Shown here piece after piece: positions 26,323 through 33,470 of a DNA stretch of 33,470 nucleotides. This stretch comes from Sulfolobales archaeon (GTDB taxonomy: Archaea > Thermoproteota > Thermoprotei_A > Sulfolobales > NBVN01). The first letter of the stretch is position 1. The number at the start of each line of letters is the position of its first letter. The notes under the pieces were generated by a model. That model saw nothing but the letters and a program-made list of their open reading frames with translations. It was not told the DNA's origin and ran no database searches. The stretch covers positions 5,881 through 39,350 of the forward strand of contig JAWBTQ010000007.1 in the NCBI GenBank assembly GCA_038841535.1, in the 5' to 3' direction. Made by a program: the position numbers and the translations under genes.

Positions 26323-27648
26323 TTGAGTGATGTTAGAGAAATAAGGAAGCTGATTTTAAAGGTTTCGTGGCCGATGATAGTTAGTGAGTTGACGGAGAGC
26401 CTATACTCACTTGCTGATACCTTTTTTGTTTCTAGACTTGGTACGCAGTCTCTAGCGGGAGTCGGGGTCGCTACTCACTTATCGTGGTTACTCTTTGGTC
26501 TAACTTCTCTGTTTTCAGTAGGTTCTTTAATCTATGTTGCGCAAGCGTATGGAGCTGGGAAAATAGAGAAAGCACGTACTGCTCTTGGAACAGTACTACC
26601 GGTTACCCTCTCGATAACTATTCCAGCTGCTATCTTGGTGATCCTGAAGTCAGAAAGCTTACTATCTCTGCTGGCGGGAGGAAAAGAGCTTGAAGTCGTT
26701 AGAGAGGGGGCACTGTATTTGGGGATTAGGGTCGTCGGGTTGCCTATAATGGCTGTAGCTATATGTTTCGATGCCTCACTTAGAGCCATCGGTGCTACGA
26801 AATACTCTATGGTGGCTATGGTGACTAGCGCCCTACTTAACGTAGTCTTAGACCCAATAATGATCTTCGGACTTGTGGGTTTCCCTAAGATGGGTGTTGC
26901 GGGTGCTGCTCTCGCAACAGTGGTGTCTATAGCATACACTATACCTGTAACTCTACTGTTCCTTAAGCGTTTAAACCTCCTTCCTGCACTAAGGTTCGAT
27001 AAAGAGATATTACTTCGCTTAGTAACCGTTGGGATTCCTGTATTCGTAGAGAGACTAATATTCTCTATGGGAAACACTCTCTACATTGCCATAATAGCTA
27101 GGTGTGGTGCTGTTGCTATGGCAGCTCACCAAGTCGGAATTAGAATCGAGAGCTTGATCTTCATGCCGGGTTTTGCTTTCTCTATCGCCGCTTCTTCGTT
27201 AGTCGGGCAATATATTGGGGCAGGTAGGTACTCACTCGCAAGAAAGGTGGGCTATGAGGTATCGAGAATAGCTCTAATCTACATGACCCTGCTCGGAGCG
27301 GCTGTAGCAGTGTTCTCCCGCTATCTAGTATATCCCTTCTCTAGCGATGAAGAAGTACTTTCTCTAGCCGCTTTATACCTAGTATTGGCTGGAGTAAGTG
27401 AGCCGGGACTAGCTTTATCGATGGCGATAGGAGGAGCTGTGAGAGGGGCTGGGAATACTGTCATACCGCTAGTAGTCAATGCTGCTTGCCTCTACTTAGT
27501 TAGGGTGGCTCCGTCTTTCTCCTTAGTTCACTACCTTGACATCGTTGGGGCCTGGCTCGCTATGGCCGTAGATGTTTACGTTAGGGGCCTGCTAATGCTA
27601 GTCGTTTACGCTAAGTTCTACGAGAAACTAGTTAGAAAGTTAGTTTAG
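26323..27648 (+). CDS. MATE family efflux transporter
   Basis: About 12 TM segments; WPMI..E, DTFFVSRLG, LNVVLDP..IFG..G..GAALAT and GAVRGAG. Confidence 0.92.
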   Translation: MSDVREIRKLILKVSWPMIVSELTESLYSLADTFFVSRLGTQSLAGVGVATHLSWLLFGLTSLFSVGSLIYVAQAYGAGKIEKARTALGTVLPVTLSITIPAAILVILKSESLLSLLAGGKELEVVREGALYLGIRVVGLPIMAVAICFDASLRAIGATKYSMVAMVTSALLNVVLDPIMIFGLVGFPKMGVAGAALATVVSIAYTIPVTLLFLKRLNLLPALRFDKEILLRLVTVGIPVFVERLIFSMGNTLYIAIIARCGAVAMAAHQVGIRIESLIFMPGFAFSIAASSLVGQYIGAGRYSLARKVGYEVSRIALIYMTLLGAAVAVFSRYLVYPFSSDEEVLSLAALYLVLAGVSEPGLALSMAIGGAVRGAGNTVIPLVVNAACLYLVRVAPSFSLVHYLDIVGAWLAMAVDVYVRGLLMLVVYAKFYEKLVRKLV

Positions 27649-27707
27649 TAGCGAATGAAAACTATGTCTTAAGCCGTTATTAGTTTCGCAATATACGCTG
27701 AAATAAG

Positions 27708-29543
27708 GTGGTTAGAGTGTCAGAAAAAGCTAAGGTTAGGTCACCTATCGTAACTGTACTAGGACATGTCGACCACGGGAAGACTACTCTTCTAGACAGA
27801 ATCAGAGGTACTGCGGTTATAAGAAAAGAACCTGGTGAGATGACGCAACACGTGGGTGCTTCCTTCGTACCCCTTTCGGTTATAGAGGACATAGTTAAAC
27901 CACTAAAGAAGGTCTTCCCGATAAAACTCACTATACCAGGCTTACTCTTCATAGACACTCCAGGTCACGAGATCTTTGCTAACTTAAGAAGAAGGGGAGG
28001 TGCTGTAGCAGACTTTGCTATAGTAGTTGTTGACGTAGTAGAGGGCGTCATGCCTCAAACAGTTGAGAGTGTCGAGATTCTTATAAATAGAAAAGTGCCT
28101 TTCCTTATTGCTGCTAACAAGATCGACAGAATAACTGGTTGGAAGAGCTCGAACACTCTGTCCTTTCTTGAATCAGCTCGATCTCAGAGCCAGAAGGTGT
28201 TGGAAGAGCTCGACAGGCTTATATATAGGCTCTCCGGACAGCTACTCTCGCTTAATATACCTTCGGATAGGTTCGACCGGATAAAGGACTTCACGAAGTC
28301 TATAGCTATAGTACCACTATCAGCTAAAACCGGTGAAGGAGTAGCTGAGCTCTTAGCCGTTCTAGCTGGGCTGATCCAGAGATACCTAGTTAAGAGAATA
28401 CTGCTTGCTGAAGGACCGGCAAAAGGAGTCGTCCTAGAGGTAAAGGAGTTAACAGGAGTTGGAACATGTATTGATGTAATCATATACGATGGTGTAATTG
28501 GTAGAGGCGATACCATCGTAGTCGGGGGAATACCAGACCCTATAGTAACTCATGTAAGAGCCCTTCTAATGCCTAGGCCTCTAGAGGAGATTAGGGTGGC
28601 TGGAGCCGAGTTCGTCTCGGTCGATGAGGTAGTGGCTGCTGCGGGTGTGCGAATAGTTTCCCCTAACCTAGAGAATGCTGTTGCGGGGGCACCAGTTTAC
28701 GTTGCTAAGTCCCAAGAAGAAGTTGCCCACTTAGTGGGTAAGGTTAGAGAAGAGGTTGGCTTAGTAAGGTTTTCAAAGAACATAAATGGAGTTATAGTAA
28801 AAGCCGATACTCTCGGAACTCTAGAAGCTCTAGTTTCGGCTTTAGAGCGGAGGGGGATACCTGTTAGATTAGCGGATGTAGGTCCTCTAACAAAGAGGGA
28901 GGTTCTGGAGGCAGCACTCGTCGGTAAGGAGGATAGGTACCTCGGTGTAGCACTGCTTTTCAACGTTGGTGTGTTACCGGATGCTGAGGAAATAGCTGTT
29001 TCCGAGAATGTGTTGATCTTTAGAGAGAGAATAATGTATAAACTCATTGAGACTTACGAGAAGTGGGTTAAAGAGGAAAAAAATAGAGAAGCTGAAAGAG
29101 AGTACTCCAGACTAGTACTCCCAGCAAAGGTCAGGGTCCTTCCGGGATACGTCTTTAGGAGGAGTGACCCAGCTATTGTAGGCATCGAGGTGCTATCCGG
29201 TAATCTAAGGCCAGGAAGTAAGCTAATGAGAAGTGATGGCAAAACAGTTGGAGAGGTAATGCAAATACAGAGCATGGGTAAGCCTATCGCCGAAGCTAAG
29301 AGGGGGAACAGGGTGGCTATATCTATTCGAGGGAACGTTATGGTTGGGCGCCACTTCGATGAGGGAGACGTTTTGTACACAGAGCCCAGCGACCACGACC
29401 TCACTCTCTTAGTTGAAAAGTACGGAAGTAGATTAACCGACGACTTAGCTGAAGCTGCGAAGGAAGTTGCCGAGATCCTCTTCAAGAAGGGTAGGTTTTC
29501 TGCTCATAGGCTACTGAACTACTTATCGGGGATTAAAAAGTGA
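27708..29543 (+). CDS. infB: Translation initiation factor aIF5B (IF-2)
   Basis: RSPIVTVLGHVDHGKTTLLD, TQHVGA, FIDTPGHE, NKID, KADTLGTLEAL and VFRRSDPAIVG; no intein. Confidence 0.97.
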   Translation: MVRVSEKAKVRSPIVTVLGHVDHGKTTLLDRIRGTAVIRKEPGEMTQHVGASFVPLSVIEDIVKPLKKVFPIKLTIPGLLFIDTPGHEIFANLRRRGGAVADFAIVVVDVVEGVMPQTVESVEILINRKVPFLIAANKIDRITGWKSSNTLSFLESARSQSQKVLEELDRLIYRLSGQLLSLNIPSDRFDRIKDFTKSIAIVPLSAKTGEGVAELLAVLAGLIQRYLVKRILLAEGPAKGVVLEVKELTGVGTCIDVIIYDGVIGRGDTIVVGGIPDPIVTHVRALLMPRPLEEIRVAGAEFVSVDEVVAAAGVRIVSPNLENAVAGAPVYVAKSQEEVAHLVGKVREEVGLVRFSKNINGVIVKADTLGTLEALVSALERRGIPVRLADVGPLTKREVLEAALVGKEDRYLGVALLFNVGVLPDAEEIAVSENVLIFRERIMYKLIETYEKWVKEEKNREAEREYSRLVLPAKVRVLPGYVFRRSDPAIVGIEVLSGNLRPGSKLMRSDGKTVGEVMQIQSMGKPIAEAKRGNRVAISIRGNVMVGRHFDEGDVLYTEPSDHDLTLLVEKYGSRLTDDLAEAAKEVAEILFKKGRFSAHRLLNYLSGIKK

Positions 29544-30286
29544 AAGTCGTAGTGCTCGGGTACGGGGGCTGGGTATCTAGCCCTATCTACGGTCACACAT
29601 CTATACTCGTTTCCAGCGAGGCCGGTTCTGTGCTCCTAGACGCGGGTGAAGGGGTCGTCAGAGACCTGTTTGAGTGCGGGTACTCTGACATTAAGCGAAT
29701 TAACGCAGTCGTAGTCACACATAGTCATGGAGACCATATCCTCGGCCTACCCACGATAGTTCAGTTCGCTAAGGTCCTTGGAGCTAGAGTAGTCGCAATA
29801 GGGCTCGAGGAAACGCTTGCTTCTTTAGTCGAGATACTGAAAGCAACGTCAGTGTTGAACTATGAATGCTGCCTTGAGTTCATGCCCGTGAAGCACGGTG
29901 ACGTGATCGAGGTTCTGGGGTTGAGGATGAGATTTGTTGAAGTGTCTCACACTATTCCAAGCATAGCAATTAGAGTTGAAGAAGGTAGAACCGGGAAGTG
30001 CCTAGCGTACTCTGGGGATACGTCGTATAGTGAGGAGCTAGTAAGGCTAGCCGAAGGCTGTGATCTGCTGGTACATGAGGCCTCGTTTTCGGATTCCGAA
30101 GCCTCTTTAGCGCGTTCTCTAGGTCACTCTACGGTCTCGGATTGCCTGCGCGTGGGCATAGAAGCCAAAAACAGGCTTATAGTGCCACTACATTTCGGAC
30201 TTAAGGAGCCTAGAGTAGACCTCGCCAGTCTCCCTAAAAGCATCACCGTCATTTATCCGTCGAAATGCCTTACGATAGATATCTAA
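29540..30286 (+). CDS. Metallo-beta-lactamase-fold hydrolase, RNase Z/ElaC-like
   Basis: LLDAGEG, THSHGDH, YSGDT, LVHEAS, GHST and PLHF. Confidence 0.82.
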   Translation: MKVVVLGYGGWVSSPIYGHTSILVSSEAGSVLLDAGEGVVRDLFECGYSDIKRINAVVVTHSHGDHILGLPTIVQFAKVLGARVVAIGLEETLASLVEILKATSVLNYECCLEFMPVKHGDVIEVLGLRMRFVEVSHTIPSIAIRVEEGRTGKCLAYSGDTSYSEELVRLAEGCDLLVHEASFSDSEASLARSLGHSTVSDCLRVGIEAKNRLIVPLHFGLKEPRVDLASLPKSITVIYPSKCLTIDI

Positions 30287-30402
30287 TTCTACTGGAAACG
30301 AAAATACGAGCTCCCACTTTTAGCAAGTGCTAGCGCCTACACTAAGTGCGATAAACTAACTTCAGTCTACTCACTAATAAGTTTTAAAAATCGGTTTAGT
30401 GC

Positions 30403-31014
30403 TCATATACTATCGACTCTGTGAACACCTCTTCTAAGAGATCTAATAACGTAGTAACTCCTCTGAATTACTGTCGCACATAGTGCTAAGAGCAGCACTA
30501 ACAGGGCGTAGTTAGCTACATCAATTCCGAGTAGGTAGTGGACTAAGTATATGATGAGTATTCCAAAACCCCTAAACTCTCTTGTCATCAAGCCTACATC
30601 AGCCATACCTTTAAGTCCGAGGGACTCGGCTCTAGCCCTGATGTAGCTAGTAGTCATGGAGAGTGTTGCCACTAGATATACTAGCAAGTAGTCGCAACCC
30701 AGTGGGTAAAAAGCTAGTATTAGTAGTGCGTCACTGAGTCTATCAGTTAGAGAATCTAGGAAGGCACCAGAAGCCGTTGTCTCTCCGCGAAGTCTCGCAA
30801 CTGATCCGTCTAGTGCGTCCATTAACATAGCTATTGAGGCGGTAACAGCTACAACTAAAGAATTCCTAGTCAAGTATGCTATCGCTGGTGTTAGCATCGA
30901 TAAAATCAGTCCAAGTGCGGTTAGAGCGTTAGGATCTAAATACACTACGTGTTTAGCGAGAAACGCCGGTGCCCTCCTTAGCTTCTTCCTCACCGAGCTT
31001 AATAGCTCCAACAT
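30403..31014 (-). CDS. CDP-alcohol phosphatidyltransferase (archaetidylinositol-phosphate synthase-like)
   Basis: PNALT, DALDGSVAR...GAFLDSLTDRLSD and SYIRARAE. Confidence 0.9.
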   Translation of the reverse strand: MLELLSSVRKKLRRAPAFLAKHVVYLDPNALTALGLILSMLTPAIAYLTRNSLVVAVTASIAMLMDALDGSVARLRGETTASGAFLDSLTDRLSDALLILAFYPLGCDYLLVYLVATLSMTTSYIRARAESLGLKGMADVGLMTREFRGFGILIIYLVHYLLGIDVANYALLVLLLALCATVIQRSYYVIRSLRRGVHRVDSI

Positions 31015-31150
31015 TACCCCAGTAATTACCGCTTGCCTAAATATCTACTGAATACAGTAGTGACGCAGAACTCTCTCCTTTTCGAGTGATTACTATACAA
31101 CTAAAATAACTAAATTAATTCTTGTAAAGTTAATCGAAGTGGTGTAATGT

Positions 31151-32254
31151 ATGAAGTGGAAGTTCGAGAGGGTCCTAGATATTATGGAAACAAACAGCAT
31201 CGACGTACTTATCCTCACGCAACCCTCTAACGTTACTTACCTCACTGGGATCTCGAGGTCTTCAGGCACGGTACTAGTTGTCGAGAGAGGTGGAAGCGTT
31301 ACAGCTCTAGTGCCAGCGCTAGACTACTGGAGAGTAGTTAATACATCGAGACTGAGCGAATTGGTTGTTAAGCCTTACGCAACGTACCAACTCCCAGACA
31401 TAGACTTAAGACTTGTTGAATTACCTCACTCGTACATCCCTAAGATGCTGAAGGAACTGGGCTTAGTTAAGGTTGCTGCGGACAATCCATATGGGAGGAT
31501 AGTCTTCGAAGTCGAGAAGAGCTTAGGTATTAAGGTAACTGACCTCTCGGAGTCTATAGCAGATTTAAGAGCTATAAAGCATCAAGAAGAGCTAGAGCTC
31601 ATGAAGAGAGCTCTCTCCATCACTGAGGGAGCCGTGGAGAAGGCATTAAGTGAGCTCAAGCCCGGAGTTTCAGAAAAGGTCATAGCGGCTACTATCGAGT
31701 ACTACATGAGGCTCTCGGGTGCTGATGGGCTAGCCTTCGAGAGCATAGTAGCCTTCAGAGATAATGCTGCGTACCCTCACGCCGTCGTTACTGACAGGCT
31801 GCTAAGAAATGGGGACCCTGTCGTAATAGATGTTGGAGCTCAAGTAGAGAGCTACTCATCGGACCTAACTAGAACAGTCCTAGTTGGTGAAGTTAGCGAT
31901 GAAGTTAGGAGATCCGTTGAAGTAGTATCTGAAGCTGTTGATGCTGCTGTCGACGCCGTCTGCGACGGTGTTGTAGCTGAGGAAGTCGATACTAGAGCAA
32001 GAGATGTAGTAAGGCGGGCTGGTCTAGGGAAATACTTTGTCCACTCACTAGGACACGGAGTCGGGATAGAAGTGCACGAAAAACCGCGGATTGCTCAGGG
32101 GTCTAAGGACGTTCTAAAAGAGGGTATGGTCGTAACTATTGAGCCCGGAGTTTACGTCGTCGGGCAGTACGGCATTAGAATAGAGAACATGGTAGTAGTC
32201 AGAAAGGGTAGAGCAGAATCCCTTAATAGATTAAGTAAAGTTATATCGGTTTAA
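31151..32254 (+). CDS. pepQ: Xaa-Pro dipeptidase/aminopeptidase (M24B, prolidase)
   Basis: PH, DVGA...SDLTRT, HSLGHGVGIEVHE, TIEPGVY and GIRIE. Confidence 0.92.
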   Translation: MKWKFERVLDIMETNSIDVLILTQPSNVTYLTGISRSSGTVLVVERGGSVTALVPALDYWRVVNTSRLSELVVKPYATYQLPDIDLRLVELPHSYIPKMLKELGLVKVAADNPYGRIVFEVEKSLGIKVTDLSESIADLRAIKHQEELELMKRALSITEGAVEKALSELKPGVSEKVIAATIEYYMRLSGADGLAFESIVAFRDNAAYPHAVVTDRLLRNGDPVVIDVGAQVESYSSDLTRTVLVGEVSDEVRRSVEVVSEAVDAAVDAVCDGVVAEEVDTRARDVVRRAGLGKYFVHSLGHGVGIEVHEKPRIAQGSKDVLKEGMVVTIEPGVYVVGQYGIRIENMVVVRKGRAESLNRLSKVISV

Positions 32255-32260
32255 TGCCTA

Positions 32261-32282
32261 GAGACCGTCTTAAGGTCTTTTT
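32261..32282 (+). terminator. Possible hairpin plus T-tract terminator after the prolidase gene
   Basis: GAGACC-N7-GGTCTT followed by a T-run, between convergent genes. Confidence 0.35.
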
Positions 32283-32343
32283 ACCGTCTTATTTTAGTTC
32301 CCCAGAGCAGTTCGCGGGAATAGGTATGGTAGATCTGCTGGAG

Positions 32344-33459
32344 TTATAACTCAATAAATGCCTCAATCTTAATCGGGGGAGATGTTTCTGACACTAAGTT
32401 GTCTTCTAACTCCTTCGAGTAACTAGTGTAACCCGTTCTTCCAACTCCCAATACTCTAATTGGTCTAGTAATGGGTATCCTAACTGCCTTAATGTAAACA
32501 GGTTCTTCTATGTCCCCACGCTCTAACCGGAGTGCTGACAATGGAACAAGTCTTACATACCCTGCCTCTAGTAAGACCGATTTAATGCCGTCAATAACGA
32601 AGCCGTGCTTCGTTTCTTCAAAGAGCTCGTAGTCTTTCCAGTCACCACCTTCGACCACTAAAGACGTGTGAAGTGGCTCAATTCTGCCTAAAAGACCGTG
32701 CGCAGAACCAGGGAATGAGCCGGCTTCGTAGGCTGTCTTAATGCTGTGGTGTGCGTCGACTACAGAAAGTCCTTCGACTAACCACCTCCTCCTAGCTACC
32801 ACTCCTTCATCATCGAAAAATCTCGCTGTCGGCTTACGCAGGTCTCCCGGGGAATCGTAGATCCTCATACCGCTAACTTCGAATAGCTTTTTACCCACTA
32901 TTTCGTGAGACAGGACTCCAGTCAGTAGATGTGATAACTGGTGAAAGAAGGCTGGTGATGCTTCTCTATATAGTATAACTTCAGATTTCCCCATCTCGGT
33001 TATACTAGGTTTCTTAGCTGAACTCACGACTCTGGCCCTATCTCTAGCCAGTCTAATTACTTCTTCAATAGCACTCTCGATACTTTTATTGAGACCTTGG
33101 ATCATTACCCTACTAACAGTGATGGCTCTAGGTGCTCCTCTCCTATTCCTTAGGCCTACTTCTACCTCGACCAGGTTTTTCTCTTCGCAGGCTTCGGTGG
33201 AGTCGTCTGCTCTAATGGTTTTAAAGGTCATTTGCTTCTTAATAGTTAGGGTAGAGTAATACCCTGGTATCTCGTACTCCTTTAAGAAGCTGAGGGCACT
33301 ATTGACTACGTCTGAACCCTCTGTTCGAGATCCCAAAGTTAGCTTACCAGTGTAAAACTCTACTTCGAAACTATCCGGAACAGCGCACGACTCTAGGTCG
33401 GCTACCTTAACAATAGACTCCAGTTCCGCACTAAGTTCAGCTTCGTTAGAACAGTCCAT
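32344..33459 (-). CDS. TldD/PmbA (TldE)-family protein; may start beyond the window
   Basis: FFHQLSHLL, IYDSP, FFDDEGV, PGSAHG and VEGGD C-terminal pattern. No in-frame stop between 33459 and the window end. Confidence 0.78.
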   Translation of the reverse strand: MDCSNEAELSAELESIVKVADLESCAVPDSFEVEFYTGKLTLGSRTEGSDVVNSALSFLKEYEIPGYYSTLTIKKQMTFKTIRADDSTEACEEKNLVEVEVGLRNRRGAPRAITVSRVMIQGLNKSIESAIEEVIRLARDRARVVSSAKKPSITEMGKSEVILYREASPAFFHQLSHLLTGVLSHEIVGKKLFEVSGMRIYDSPGDLRKPTARFFDDEGVVARRRWLVEGLSVVDAHHSIKTAYEAGSFPGSAHGLLGRIEPLHTSLVVEGGDWKDYELFEETKHGFVIDGIKSVLLEAGYVRLVPLSALRLERGDIEEPVYIKAVRIPITRPIRVLGVGRTGYTSYSKELEDNLVSETSPPIKIEAFIEL

Positions 33460-33470
33460 ACACGTACTAG

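Noticed and set aside
246-29485. Numerous 60-185 aa ORFs antisense to or nested in real genes (e.g. 246-590, 6361-6915, 10422-10892, 18923-19363, 26532-27077, 29054-29485)
   Set aside because: They are shadow frames of well-supported genes and have no recognisable motifs.
1-33470. CRISPR array, cas or other defence genes
   Set aside because: No regularly spaced repeats or recognisable defence proteins; the PIN gene is in its usual housekeeping position with no antitoxin.

Overview
Archaeal housekeeping-rich window. Gene content, an intron-bearing tRNA-Ser and Alba2 suggest a thermophilic Thermoproteota (crenarchaeal) genome; the taxon is inferred. Contents in order: partial TrkH; an apparently orphan Na+-translocating decarboxylase beta subunit; tRNA-Ile(GAU); a B12-binding radical SAM protein; Alba; a stomatin-NfeD-DUF763 operon; Hel308; a tight four-gene cluster (HTH-PRTase, CitG-like, degenerate metallophosphoesterase, NAD-kinase-like); PIN/aIF2-gamma/FKBP; tRNA-Ser(CGA) with intron; psmA-SBDS-rrp4-rrp41-rrp42; a divergently split Liv-type ABC transporter; MATE; aIF5B; an RNase Z-like MBL hydrolase; a CDP-alcohol phosphatidyltransferase; prolidase; a TldD/PmbA-like protein. 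The most unusual feature is a ~240-bp structured non-coding element at 8371-8612. It has imperfect terminal inverted repeats, internal hairpins and K-turn-like motifs. Its 3' half resembles, from memory only, the C-terminal tail/omegaRNA region of archaeal TnpB (IS200/IS605/IS607) elements, yet no transposase or TnpB gene is present. It is a candidate MITE-like stand-alone omegaRNA locus. All family calls come from motif recognition, not database searches.
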